Assembly (NCBI GenBank): GCA_965277105.1
Contig: OZ255710.1
Span: 875,236 to 939,235, forward strand
Reading direction: 5' to 3'
From: Spirochaetota bacterium
Lineage (GTDB): Bacteria; Spirochaetota; UBA12135; COTS27; CAXSBA01
Length of the DNA stretch: 64,000 bases
The position numbers and the translations under genes are program-made. Shown here one piece after another: positions 9,532 to 19,697 of this stretch. The number at the start of each line of letters is the position of its first letter. The stretch's first letter is position 1. The notes beneath the pieces were generated by a model. It did no database searches. It saw nothing but the letters and a program-made list of their open reading frames with translations, and was not told where the DNA came from.

Positions 9532-11460
9532 TTAACTATCTTCTTGCCATAATTTTATTATAGATTTAAATTTTTCTTTTATGTTAGTTTTAAGTTCCTG
9601 GCCATCTATTTTCTTTGAAAAGTAACTTTCCACTCCTTCATAAAAAACACTTCTGCCAATAGCAAACCCCTTTACCATAGGAAAATGCTTCGCCATAGTA
9701 ATTTGCTCTTTTAATTTTTCATAAGAAGCGTTGTTCCCTAATAGTAAAACTCCCTCACAGTATTTATCTTCCTTGGCAATAAGTTTTTCTAACTCTTGCC
9801 ATGTTTGATAATGGGTAGGGAATAACTTCCACCAATCGGGCTTTATTCCCCTTTGGTAAATTGCCTGCATCATTTTCACAAGAGCATTATCACTTATTTC
9901 TCCATTTTCGAAAACCAAAAGCTCCAATAAAAAATCTCGATTAAGTGTCAAACTATCGTTAAACAAAGCGGTAAGCTTAGCCAAAACCAAGTTCAATTTC
10001 TCTTCTGTATAATAAGGGAAGTCTATTTTCACGAAGCATTTAACAACCTGCTCCTGGGGCCAAGTCATCAGCTCACTGCCGATACTACCATTGGTATTAG
10101 CAAATTCCCAAGAAAAATCTTTTTTTTCATGAGAGCTTTCAAGAGGACGAGCAAGGAAGATATTTTTACCAGTAAAATGATTCAAAACTGGTTGGCCATA
10201 CTTTCCATCAACGATAACTCCTATTTTATTAGAGTAAGCTTTTTCTAATAATAAATCATCAACGGCTTCTCCGATAACGGCTTTTACTTTTTTAATTTGT
10301 TTATCTTTTTCTTCATCACTTTCACTTTCAAGCATTTTTTCAAATTGCCAACGATGATCAAAAGCCAAAATAAAAAGCTCCCTCCATTTCCTCGAACGAT
10401 TGGTAACTTTATGAAGGAAATTAAGGGTTTTGTCTTTATCAATCCTTTTAATCTGATAACGATTATCAATGTAATACTGCAGTTCCTCCCAAGAAGGAAT
10501 AGCCGGGGAGCAACCATGACGAGAAACCACTAAAGCCCCACAAGCATTCGCATAAAGCGAGCAAGTCTCGTAATCTTCACCATTAAGCCAACCCCTTAAA
10601 AATCCACTCATAAAAGCATCGCCTGCTCCTAAGACGTTTAAAACATCAATCTTCACACCCTGATAAAGGGGAATATCATCAAGGCTATTCGGAATTTCAT
10701 TATCTCTATCGATAACTGAATTCCCTAGTGCTCCTCGTTTTAATACTAAAACCGCTTTCGTAATCTCGCGAACTTTTTTTAAAGCAAGGATAATATTCGT
10801 ATTGCCACCAGCTATTTGGAACTCTTCTTCGGTGCCTACGATAAGGTCAAAATCTTTAATGAACGATTGCAGATGAGTAGAAACCGAATCGGACTTGATA
10901 AACCGCTCTTCTCCTTGATCAATCCCAGTAAGTCCCCATAGCACTGGACGATAATCTATGTCCAAGACCAACTTCACTTGATTTTTTTTAGCATAACTCA
11001 TAGCCTGCTGACATGTTTTGGAAGTCTTAGCTGTTGAGAAGTGAGTGCCGGTTATAAGTAACGCCTTACTACTAGCAATATATTCCTCAGTGAAATCTTC
11101 TAGGCTAATAGCCATATCAGCGCAATCATTCCTATAAAAAATTAAAGGGAAAATCTCTTGATCTTTAATCCCTAAAATAACTAAACCAGAAAATCTCTTT
11201 TTATCAGTCTTTACATGAGAGACATCCACTCCACCTTTTTCTAAAGTTTCTCGAATGAATCTCCCCATATGCTCATTACCTACTCTAGTGAGCATAGAAG
11301 ATTTAAGCCCTAAGCGAGCACAACCATAAGCGATATTGCAAGAAGATCCGCCAATATATTTCGAAAAAGATTGAACATCTTCTAACCTAGCCCCTACTTG
11401 ATTAGCATAAAGATCAACCCCAGCTCGCCCTAAGCAAATAATATCAAACTTTTTATCCAA
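9532..11460 (-). CDS. iolC: Bifunctional IolC kinase / DUF2090 aldolase-like fusion
   Basis: GRAGVDLY, GGSSCNIA, VLNVLGAGDAF, VSRHGC; C-terminal LAFDHR, PDWWKL, GFAIGRSVF; TTG start. Confidence 0.9.
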   Translation of the reverse strand: MDKKFDIICLGRAGVDLYANQVGARLEDVQSFSKYIGGSSCNIAYGCARLGLKSSMLTRVGNEHMGRFIRETLEKGGVDVSHVKTDKKRFSGLVILGIKDQEIFPLIFYRNDCADMAISLEDFTEEYIASSKALLITGTHFSTAKTSKTCQQAMSYAKKNQVKLVLDIDYRPVLWGLTGIDQGEERFIKSDSVSTHLQSFIKDFDLIVGTEEEFQIAGGNTNIILALKKVREITKAVLVLKRGALGNSVIDRDNEIPNSLDDIPLYQGVKIDVLNVLGAGDAFMSGFLRGWLNGEDYETCSLYANACGALVVSRHGCSPAIPSWEELQYYIDNRYQIKRIDKDKTLNFLHKVTNRSRKWRELFILAFDHRWQFEKMLESESDEEKDKQIKKVKAVIGEAVDDLLLEKAYSNKIGVIVDGKYGQPVLNHFTGKNIFLARPLESSHEKKDFSWEFANTNGSIGSELMTWPQEQVVKCFVKIDFPYYTEEKLNLVLAKLTALFNDSLTLNRDFLLELLVFENGEISDNALVKMMQAIYQRGIKPDWWKLFPTHYQTWQELEKLIAKEDKYCEGVLLLGNNASYEKLKEQITMAKHFPMVKGFAIGRSVFYEGVESYFSKKIDGQELKTNIKEKFKSIIKLWQEDS

Positions 11461-11466
11461 CTTAGA

Positions 11467-12282
11467 TTATCTTTGGATTTCTTTTGATTGCCAGAAGTTA
11501 GCTTCTGGTTTTTGAGTCCAATCATGCTCTTTGGTAAACTCGGGAACAGTATAACGATTATTCTCTAAATGACGAATAACCCAAGAGTAATACATCCCAT
11601 AACCAGGAGCCGAGCACTGAGCGTGATCCACTTCATCAAGGATTAAAACCGTATCGTTTTGTTTTATCTTTAAAACGTCTTCGCCTAATTCACCGTGCCC
11701 ATAACCTTGAGGAAGTGTAAATCGATAATGATAAATCTCTGGTTGAGGGTGATGGTGGGGGGGATAACTAGACCATTTCCCCGGCATATTAACCACTTCT
11801 CCTAAAACTAACTCAGCATTTTTATGGCTATTGCGATCGTCAAAAATCGTCCTAACAAACCGGTAACAAGTATCTCCTACCTGTCCTTTACCGCGATGCT
11901 CATTAACCACATTAGTAGGGTAATAAATCTCAGCAGGGAATTTTTTTTCGTTCAAAACTCCATAGATGGTTAATTCACTATCGGTTAAAAAAGTAATTTT
12001 AACCTTTGTGTTAGCCGGCACATGAAAACAACTAGCACTTTCATCAAAAAGCGAACTCCTTTGAAAAGTTACTTTTTCTTGATTATCAATTTCCACAACC
12101 ACATTGCCACTCATAAGTAAAAACGCTTTTTCTAATTGAGTTTCTTCTTGATAAACTTCGTCAGCTTGTTTTTTTAAGACACTTAATTCAATCTTTGTAG
12201 GATTGTTTTCATCATTTAAATTAGTAATCTTGGTTATCCCCCAAGAAAAACCATTCCTATTATTTTTTAGATGATAATTCAT
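11467..12282 (-). CDS. iolB: 5-deoxy-glucuronate isomerase (IolB/KduI cupin family)
   Basis: LVLGEV..PGKWSSYPPHHH, EIYHYRF, PGYGMYYSW. Confidence 0.85.
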   Translation of the reverse strand: MNYHLKNNRNGFSWGITKITNLNDENNPTKIELSVLKKQADEVYQEETQLEKAFLLMSGNVVVEIDNQEKVTFQRSSLFDESASCFHVPANTKVKITFLTDSELTIYGVLNEKKFPAEIYYPTNVVNEHRGKGQVGDTCYRFVRTIFDDRNSHKNAELVLGEVVNMPGKWSSYPPHHHPQPEIYHYRFTLPQGYGHGELGEDVLKIKQNDTVLILDEVDHAQCSAPGYGMYYSWVIRHLENNRYTVPEFTKEHDWTQKPEANFWQSKEIQR

Positions 12283-12287
12283 GCTAT

Positions 12288-13055
12288 TTAATTTTTAGCG
12301 GTTTCTTTACCAGCCATTAAATCAAAAAGCTTCTCACGAGTAATTTCATCTCGCGTATAATTACCAACCGTTCTCCCTCGATTAAGAATATAAAAATAAT
12401 CCCCCACTTCATAGGCATGATAAGAATTATGAGTAATAAAAACCACCCCTAGATTTTGCTCCTTAGCATGCTTAATAAATTCCAAGACTTTTTGCGATTG
12501 CTTAACCCCAAGAGCGGCAGTAGGTTCGTCAAAGATTAATATTTTTTTAGCAAAGTAAATCGCTCTAGTAATAGCTAAACTCTGCCGTTCTCCTCCAGAA
12601 AGAGTTCCTACCGCCTGCTCAGCAGACCGAACATTAATCCCAATTTTTTTCATTTCTTCTCGTGCAATTTTATTAGCTTTTTTTCTATCAAACACTTTTA
12701 TTGGGCCCCATCTTTTAGAAGGTTCCCTACCCATAAAAAAATTACGACCAATACTCATAAGTGGAACTAAGGCCAAATCTTGATAGACAGTGGCAATTCC
12801 TTGATCCATTGCTTCTCTAGGAGAATTAAGCTCTATCCGCTTGCCGTCAATTAACATCTTCCCTTCGCTAGGTTTGTGAACTCCTGACAAAGTTTTGATG
12901 AGGGTGGATTTTCCTGCCCCGTTATCTCCCAAAAGGCAGGTTATTCTACCTTGAAATACTTCAAAAGTTATATCGCTTAACGCAATAACCGTCCCAAAAT
13001 AACGGCTGACCTTATCTAACTCCATATTAGGAGTTTTTTTATTTTGCTTGCTCAT
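12288..13055 (-). CDS. Sugar (inositol) ABC transporter ATP-binding protein
   Basis: [27 protein letters not shown]. Confidence 0.9.
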   Translation of the reverse strand: MSKQNKKTPNMELDKVSRYFGTVIALSDITFEVFQGRITCLLGDNGAGKSTLIKTLSGVHKPSEGKMLIDGKRIELNSPREAMDQGIATVYQDLALVPLMSIGRNFFMGREPSKRWGPIKVFDRKKANKIAREEMKKIGINVRSAEQAVGTLSGGERQSLAITRAIYFAKKILIFDEPTAALGVKQSQKVLEFIKHAKEQNLGVVFITHNSYHAYEVGDYFYILNRGRTVGNYTRDEITREKLFDLMAGKETAKN

Positions 13056-14146
13056 TATCTTTCTCCTGTAGCTTTTCTTCTTAAATAATTGTTAAAAACA
13101 ACCGCAATTAAAACCATAATGCCTAAAAAAACTTTAAACCAATCGGTATCAATACCTGTATAAAAAATACCCAACTGCACTGTCCCAAAGATAAGTGCCC
13201 CAAAGGCAGCTCCTATAGTAGAGCCATACCCCCCAGTTAGTAATGTCCCACCAATAACCGCAGCAATAATGGCTTCAAACTCTTTCAAAGTACCTCGGAT
13301 GGTATCAGCTGAAGCACTACTTAAAACCTGAATAGTGGCAAACAAGGTAGCGGCACAAGCCGTGAAAATAAAGAGCGTGATTTTTACTCGATTAACCGGA
13401 ACCCCCATATTGTAAGCTCCTTTTTCAAAACCACCAGCAGCAAAAATCCAGTTGCCAAATTTAGTTTTTACAAGTAAAAAAGTACTAAGGATGACCAACA
13501 TTACCCACCAGATAATTGACATAGGAATACCATCAGCTAGGGGAATGCCATCAGGTCTAACAGCAATAATTCCATTGTCTCCTAACCATTGGAAAAAATT
13601 AAAAAATAATTTTGAACCAAATATCCAAGCAATGGGATCAGCTTCAATTAATTCACGATCAACGTAAACTTGAGTTCTTCCGGTAAGTAATCTAGTAAGC
13701 GAAATAGCCAATCCTCGTAAAATAAACAACATGGCTAAAGTGACAATAAAAGAAGGAAGTTTAGTCGTAATCACTAATACGCCATTAATGTAACCAATTA
13801 TCACAGCAATCGAAAAAGCAAAAAGGATAGCCACCCAAACCGGCCAACCCCACATAGCAATCGGAATAGCAATACAAATCCCAGCAAAACCAATCATTGA
13901 ACCAACTGATAAATCAAACTCTCCACCAATCATTAAAAGGCAAGCAGCAACTGCTATTATCCCCAGTTGAGCAGAGACTTCTAAAAAGTTGATAATCCCC
14001 AGAGCACTAAACATTCCCGAGCCACCGGCAATAATAGCAAAAAAAGTAAAAACCAACACAACCCCACTTAATGCTCCAAACTCAGGGCGGCCTAATAAGT
14101 GACTAAAAATATTTACTTTTTTTATTCTTTCATCTTTTTTTTCCAT
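13055..14146 (-). CDS. Sugar (inositol) ABC transporter permease
   Basis: [37 protein letters not shown]. Confidence 0.9.
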   Translation of the reverse strand: MEKKDERIKKVNIFSHLLGRPEFGALSGVVLVFTFFAIIAGGSGMFSALGIINFLEVSAQLGIIAVAACLLMIGGEFDLSVGSMIGFAGICIAIPIAMWGWPVWVAILFAFSIAVIIGYINGVLVITTKLPSFIVTLAMLFILRGLAISLTRLLTGRTQVYVDRELIEADPIAWIFGSKLFFNFFQWLGDNGIIAVRPDGIPLADGIPMSIIWWVMLVILSTFLLVKTKFGNWIFAAGGFEKGAYNMGVPVNRVKITLFIFTACAATLFATIQVLSSASADTIRGTLKEFEAIIAAVIGGTLLTGGYGSTIGAAFGALIFGTVQLGIFYTGIDTDWFKVFLGIMVLIAVVFNNYLRRKATGER

Positions 14147-14212
14147 AATTTTTCCTCTAATTTTTAGATAATAAATTTAGCTTTTTTCTAGTAATATTTT
14201 TTCTGATAAATT

Positions 14213-14239
14213 AATAATACTATTTTAAATAGTATTATT
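14213..14239. promoter_or_regulatory. Perfect 13-bp inverted repeat, candidate operator
   Basis: AATAATACTATTT-T-AAATAGTATTATT, about 70 bp upstream of the permease start. Confidence 0.4.
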
Positions 14240-14497
14240 TTTATTATAATTTTTTTTAGAAAATTTATTTTTCTATTAATTAACACTATTTTTTTAAAGT
14301 TATTGTGAAGTACTGAAAATTTTAAAACCAAAACAAAAAGAAATCCGTTGCCGAGAATTATTATTTACACTTACTACAAACTTGTAAATATAGATTAAAC
14401 CCTTTCGTATAAAAGAACTCATTTATCAGATAAAAAGATAACTTAACTTCATGACCGAATAAAAAGAGAAACACGATCATAATAAGTAAAAAAATAA

Positions 14498-14545
14498 AAT
14501 AAAAGTCTTTAAATTAAAAAAGCTTCAAATTTAAAGACTTTTATT
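14498..14545 (-). terminator. Stem-loop after binding-protein gene (terminator or mRNA stabiliser)
   Basis: 18-bp perfect arms AATAAAAGTCTTTAAATT / AATTTAAAGACTTTTATT with a 12-nt loop, about 20 nt after the stop; T-rich tail on the minus strand. Confidence 0.65.
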
Positions 14546-14564
14546 ATAAAAAAATAGAAAAGAA

Positions 14565-15560
14565 TTATCTATAACCTTGCTCCGCCCAACTAATCACATT
14601 AGCAGCATTTTCTGGAGTTACAAAACCAGGTCCAGTTGGAACAACCCCCGGCAAAATAGTTCCATAACGATTATACTGCACTAAAATAGAGACCGGCACA
14701 TATCCTTGCAAGTACTGTTGTTGATCAATTAAAAATGCAACTTTACCTTCACTAGCAGCTTGTAGCATTTTTCCTGATAAATCAAAGGTTCCTAATTTAA
14801 CTGAAGAAGTTTTTCCTAATTGCTCCAAAGCATCTAACACGTGATCCCCAGCAGCACCAGCTCCTAAAGTTAAAATAGCGTCAATAGATGGATCACTATT
14901 TAGCTTAGCAATAACCGCATTTTGAATCTCGGTCGGATCATTACTAGTGGCTAAAACCTCGCCTGAACCAAAACCATCCCTAAACCCATCAGCTCTTTTA
15001 TCTAAAGCCACATTACCAACTTCGTGATTAACAATAATAGCTTTACTAGCACCAAGTGCTTTCATTCTTTTCCCAGCACCTAATCCTGCTTCATATTCTG
15101 TTTGACCCACATGAGCTAAAATCCCTAAAGATTCAAAATCATCGGAACCAGAATTCATAGAAACCACTGGGATACCAGCAGCAACTGCTCTTTTAACAGA
15201 AGGCCCTAATGCGTTAGCATCTGGCAAACTTATTATTAAGCCATCTGGACTTTCGGCAACTGCTTGGTCAATCAACCTAGCCATTTCCACCATATCAAAC
15301 GTAGAAGGCGCTCGATAAGAAACATCTAAACCTGAACCAGCGTAATCAATCCCTGCTTGATCAACTGCGTTTTTTACTACTGACCAGAAAGGATCATTAG
15401 CTTGTCCATGAGAGACGACAATAATTTTAATTGCTCCTTCAGGAGCATCTGAACTTACTTCAGTACTTTCTTTGCTATCATTTGCTCCACAACTTATTAC
15501 TAAAAAAGACAACAAAGTTACTGCAAACAATAATAAATGTTTTTTAATTTTTTTAATCAT
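14565..15560 (-). CDS. Sugar (inositol) ABC transporter substrate-binding lipoprotein
   Basis: Lipobox VISC, HGQANDPFWSVVKN, DQQQYLQGY, GPGFVT; RBS GGAGG. Confidence 0.9.
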   Translation of the reverse strand: MIKKIKKHLLLFAVTLLSFLVISCGANDSKESTEVSSDAPEGAIKIIVVSHGQANDPFWSVVKNAVDQAGIDYAGSGLDVSYRAPSTFDMVEMARLIDQAVAESPDGLIISLPDANALGPSVKRAVAAGIPVVSMNSGSDDFESLGILAHVGQTEYEAGLGAGKRMKALGASKAIIVNHEVGNVALDKRADGFRDGFGSGEVLATSNDPTEIQNAVIAKLNSDPSIDAILTLGAGAAGDHVLDALEQLGKTSSVKLGTFDLSGKMLQAASEGKVAFLIDQQQYLQGYVPVSILVQYNRYGTILPGVVPTGPGFVTPENAANVISWAEQGYR

Positions 15561-15876
15561 ATTTTACCTCCAAAATTAAAAATATAAGTAAAGTTCATTA
15601 TACCATAAACTGATGTTGTAATAAAAAAAATTTAATTTTTTTTAAAAAAATTAATTAAATTTAATATCTTTTAGTTTTCAAAAGCTATAAAAACTATTTA
15701 AGTAGATTAGTTAATCGTTTAATAACTTAACCCTATCTCATTTTATCAGTGAAATCTAGGATAGGTGATAACCTATAACAAAATATAACAACAAAAAAAA
15801 TTTAAACTAATCTGCTATTTTTCCCTAATGCTATTTTTCCAATCTACTTCAATAAAGAATATTTTACTTATAAGCT

Positions 15877-15906
15877 TTGTATTACTTGGGCATATCGTGA
15901 TATAAT
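15877..15906 (+). promoter_or_regulatory. sigma70-type promoter with extended -10
   Basis: TTGTAT, 18-nt spacer, TATAAT preceded by TGn, 25 bp before the ATG at 15932. Confidence 0.5.
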
Positions 15907-15931
15907 TTAACCAATAATTTATTTAAAAAAT

Positions 15932-16717
15932 ATGCACATCAAACTACAAAAAGCACTTTCTTTTTTTTCTTCTCCTCTAGCCACTTTAGTTTATAATATC
16001 TTTTCTTTTATCATATCTTTAATCAGTATTATTATTATAATTCTACAAACCATTAATCCGATTCCTGCTTATTTAGAAGAGAGTTTTATCTTTTTAGATA
16101 AATTTTTCTCTCTCATTTTTTTAGCTGAATTTATTTTTCGATTGATTATTGCAGAGAAAAAGTTAGCTTATTTAAAATGGGGTTGGATTGATTTGCTTTC
16201 TGCTATACCATTTTACCAATTCAAAATATTCCGTATTTTCAAAATTATTGCTTTTGTACGAGTTTTAAAAAGCTTCATGCAAATATGGCGATTAAAAAAT
16301 ATTCTCAAGCAGCACAACTCCCTCCAATCTATCGTCAACAATAGTTTTTTTGCTTTCATTCTACTAACGATTATTATCACTATCATTTCTACTTTATCCG
16401 TAGTGTATTTTGAAAATCAAGATCCCAATTTAAATACCACAACTCATATAACCACCATCGAGCAAGCATTTTGGTGGTCTTTAGTCACCATTACAACTGT
16501 TGGTTACGGAGATTTATTCCCTTATACTTTAGGAGGGAAAATCACTGCTATTATTTTAATGTTTTTTGGGATAGGCCTTTTTAGTAGTTTGACCGTGTAT
16601 ACTTCTTCATTTTTAACTAACCGATTTGGAGAAAAAAGAGACGAAAAAGAAATTAAAGAGCTTTCTAAAGAAATTCAAGAAATAAAAAAAATGATTAAAA
16701 ATTTAGAGAAGAAGTGA
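15932..16717 (+). CDS. 6-TM potassium channel (Kv-like ion transporter)
   Basis: WWSLVTITTVGYGD selectivity filter, WIDLLS, basic S4-like segment, C-terminal coiled coil. Confidence 0.9.
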   Translation: MHIKLQKALSFFSSPLATLVYNIFSFIISLISIIIIILQTINPIPAYLEESFIFLDKFFSLIFLAEFIFRLIIAEKKLAYLKWGWIDLLSAIPFYQFKIFRIFKIIAFVRVLKSFMQIWRLKNILKQHNSLQSIVNNSFFAFILLTIIITIISTLSVVYFENQDPNLNTTTHITTIEQAFWWSLVTITTVGYGDLFPYTLGGKITAIILMFFGIGLFSSLTVYTSSFLTNRFGEKRDEKEIKELSKEIQEIKKMIKNLEKK

Positions 16718-17610
16718 GTTTTTCCCATTCTTTCAAAGAAAGAAAAGAGTATTTTGTTAGCTTTCATCACTCGCTAAAAAAAGCAATAGAAAAAATTAGT
16801 ACGGGGAAATTTAAAAAAACTACTTGGCAATATAAAAATGGCTCCTTAGCTACTGGCGGAGGGACGTCTCTCCTTTTAGGTAAAAATAACGTATTCGAAA
16901 AAGCTGGATTAAATTTCTCCGCTATTAAAGGAGAAGCAAGTCCTAATTTAAAAGAGATTCTCCCTAAAAATAGTAGTAGTTTTCAAGCAACTGGAGTGTC
17001 GTTAGTTTTTCATCCATTATCACCAATGATACCCACCATTCATCTAAACGTTCGGTACTTTGAAAGTGATAACGGAGTTTCTTGGTTTGGGGGTGGTATA
17101 GATTTAACTCCTTATTATCCTTACCCGAAAGATTTTGAGCATTTTCATCAAAGCTTAAAAAAACATTTAGATGAAGTTTCACCTAGTTATTACCCGAAAT
17201 ATAAAAAAAACTGCGATGATTATTTTTGGATAAACCACCGTCAAGAGATGCGGGGAATAGGAGGCGTTTTTTTTGACTATTTGCCCGGGCAAGAAAAAAA
17301 AAATCTCCAAATAGTTCAAGCAGTAAGTGATAGTTTTTTGCCAAGTTATGCTCCCATTATCCAGCAAAGACAAAAAAGTGCTTATAAAAAAATTCATCGT
17401 GATTTCCAACTTTATCGTAGAGGAAGATATGTTGAGTTTAACCTACTTTACGACCGAGGAACTAAGTTCGGCATTAAAAGCGGAGGGAGAATTGATTCCA
17501 TTTTGATGTCACTTCCTCCAGTCGTAACTTACCCCGAAAATTTTCCTATTAAAAAATACTCTTTTAGTGAAAAAATGACGAAACTTTATCAAAAAAAAAA
17601 ATGGGTTTAA
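16714..17610 (+). CDS. hemF: Oxygen-dependent coproporphyrinogen III oxidase
   Basis: FEKAG, ATGVSLVFHP, WFGGGIDLTP, RGIGGVFFD, RRGRYVEFNLLYDRGTKFG. Confidence 0.95.
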   Translation: MSFSHSFKERKEYFVSFHHSLKKAIEKISTGKFKKTTWQYKNGSLATGGGTSLLLGKNNVFEKAGLNFSAIKGEASPNLKEILPKNSSSFQATGVSLVFHPLSPMIPTIHLNVRYFESDNGVSWFGGGIDLTPYYPYPKDFEHFHQSLKKHLDEVSPSYYPKYKKNCDDYFWINHRQEMRGIGGVFFDYLPGQEKKNLQIVQAVSDSFLPSYAPIIQQRQKSAYKKIHRDFQLYRRGRYVEFNLLYDRGTKFGIKSGGRIDSILMSLPPVVTYPENFPIKKYSFSEKMTKLYQKKKWV

Positions 17611-18074
17611 AATTAGGCGTTCTTTGTTATATCAAAAAAGAGGGGAAAACCCTTATGCTTTATCGCAACCGAAAACCGAATGATGTTCATGAAGGGAAAT
17701 GGAATGGACTAGGGGGCAAGCTAGAAAAAGGAGAATCCCCCGAAGAAGCACTATTAAGAGAAGTCAAAGAAGAAGCCGACGTTTCCCTAATAGATTTTAC
17801 GTTAAAAGGAATTATAACTTTCCCTGATTTTGCTGATGGAGAAGATTGGTATGTTTATCTTTATACCAGTAATAGTTTTACCGGTGAGATAAATTATGAT
17901 TGTCCTGAAGGAGAGTTACACTGGGTAAAAGATGAAAAAATTCCTAGCTTAAACTTATGGGATGGGGATTACTTATTTTTAAAATGGCTAGAGCAAGAAA
18001 AGTTTTTTTCTGCTAAAATGATTTATCAAGGCGAAAAATTAGTAAGCCATCAGGTATATTTTTACCCATTTTGA
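17601..18074 (+). CDS. NUDIX hydrolase, MutT/MutX-like 8-oxo-dGTPase
   Basis: Nudix box GGKLEKGESPEEALLREVKEE; LCYI..KWNG; CPEGEL.W; LWDGD. Confidence 0.85.
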   Translation: MGLKLGVLCYIKKEGKTLMLYRNRKPNDVHEGKWNGLGGKLEKGESPEEALLREVKEEADVSLIDFTLKGIITFPDFADGEDWYVYLYTSNSFTGEINYDCPEGELHWVKDEKIPSLNLWDGDYLFLKWLEQEKFFSAKMIYQGEKLVSHQVYFYPF

Positions 18075-18316
18075 TCCTCTAAATCACTAAACTTTGGCTC
18101 ATCGTCGTTGATTTTACTACTAAGAATTTTTATTTTTTTTTCGTAACTAGTTATTTTCTTTTTTATCTCTTCATAGAGGGCTAATCCTTTTTCAAAAAGC
18201 TGGAAAGATTCTTCTAAATCTTCTTCATTATTTTCTAATTTTTCTGTTATTTTTTGTAGCTCTTTAAGAGCTTCTTCTAACGAAAGATTAGCTTTGGGAG
18301 ATTTTTTCATTTTCAT
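18062..18316 (-). CDS. xseB: Exodeoxyribonuclease VII small subunit
   Basis: SLEEALKELQKITEKLE...LEESFQLFEKG. Confidence 0.85.
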   Translation of the reverse strand: MKMKKSPKANLSLEEALKELQKITEKLENNEEDLEESFQLFEKGLALYEEIKKKITSYEKKIKILSSKINDDEPKFSDLEDQNG

Positions 18317-19628
18317 TTATTTTACTTTCTAAATCAATATCAAATCCATCAAAATATTGTAACATGAGAGTTTTAGGGTTAGTTTCTAAAAGCAAAAACA
18401 AAACGTTGTCGCTACTTTTAAGGTACCATTCTTTTTCATAAAGCACGAAATAGGCTGGATATTCCAAAGCAAAACTAGTAAAAATATTGCCTTTAGAAGT
18501 AGCCCGTTCCCCAATCGCGTCTAAGGTTTTTTTAAGGAAAACTAAATTTCTTTCTTTTAAAAACAGTTCTTGTTTCTGCATAATTTCCGAAAGATTTTCT
18601 ATTACTTGTAGATATTTTTTTTCATTGTAAAGGTTGTACAAATCCCAATAAGTTTTAACACTAACTAAATTTTTAGAATAAGCTTTCATTTTTTTTTTTT
18701 TTCTGATAAAACCATAGCGATTATTTTGATACTCTATCCAATACCACTCATGACCATCTTCACCTATTAAAGAATAAACAATTTTAAAAGGCTGCCATAA
18801 TTCTATTCTTCCTAAATTGCGAGAACTAATTTCATGACTTCGACTTCGAATAAAAATTTCTTCTTGCTCGGGAAAATAAATATTGTCTTGAAAAAAAGTT
18901 GTATTATAGTTTTTTTGATTAAAAGTAAGTAATATTTTTTTTATATTCTCCAAAGCCATTTTCTGCCCAGAGGCAAGGTAAGCGTACTCTAAAAACCATT
19001 TATCTCGTAAGAGTAAAATTAATTTATCATAAGCAATAAAGTCGGGGAAACGGGTTAGAAGGTAGTTTAAATATTCAAAGTTTTCGTCATGGATTTTTTT
19101 TTTATTTTTTTCGAGAACGGAGTTAAGTAGCTGTAGCTCATCTAAATACAATTCTCGAATGGCCTGCTTTTCGAAAAAATAATCATTCCTATCGGAAATA
19201 ATTTTTTGGAAATGAGTTTTGTCGTAAGCAAATTTTTGTTTGCCTTTTTCTCTTTTTAAATTGTAATAAAGCATTCTTTTTGGTTTTTGTTTAATAAAGG
19301 AAAAAAACTCAGGGGTGGCTACTAATTCTAAAATAGTTAAACCAATGTAATAATTCAACTCACTTTCATCAGTTATACGAAACTCATCAAAAACTTCTAG
19401 ATAAAAATCATAATCTTCCAAAACCGCATAATACTTTTGTTGTTCAAAGTTTTTTTTTACCCTAGCTAAAATTAACTCATAGTGATAAAGCGAAGCGTTG
19501 ATTGATTCTTCTTCGGGAAGTTCGCTTAAAAATTTTTGCTGAGGGAAACCAGTAATTTTCTCTTCGGGAGAAGAGCAATTCAATAAGCTTAAAAAAACTA
19601 AAAAATAGATAATTAAAAAAAAAGGCAT
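18288..19628 (-). CDS. Hypothetical lipoprotein with SH3b-like region
   Basis: Hydrophobic leader ending LLNC; IFIRS...LGRI...WYWIEY..RYGFI resembles a bacterial SH3. Confidence 0.55.
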   Translation of the reverse strand: MPFFLIIYFLVFLSLLNCSSPEEKITGFPQQKFLSELPEEESINASLYHYELILARVKKNFEQQKYYAVLEDYDFYLEVFDEFRITDESELNYYIGLTILELVATPEFFSFIKQKPKRMLYYNLKREKGKQKFAYDKTHFQKIISDRNDYFFEKQAIRELYLDELQLLNSVLEKNKKKIHDENFEYLNYLLTRFPDFIAYDKLILLLRDKWFLEYAYLASGQKMALENIKKILLTFNQKNYNTTFFQDNIYFPEQEEIFIRSRSHEISSRNLGRIELWQPFKIVYSLIGEDGHEWYWIEYQNNRYGFIRKKKKMKAYSKNLVSVKTYWDLYNLYNEKKYLQVIENLSEIMQKQELFLKERNLVFLKKTLDAIGERATSKGNIFTSFALEYPAYFVLYEKEWYLKSSDNVLFLLLETNPKTLMLQYFDGFDIDLESKINENEKISQS

Positions 19629-19697
19629 AGAAGGAAGCCAATTATTTTTTTAAAGAATTAAAGAATAATTGGGAATAATTTAATTGCTATAATCTTT

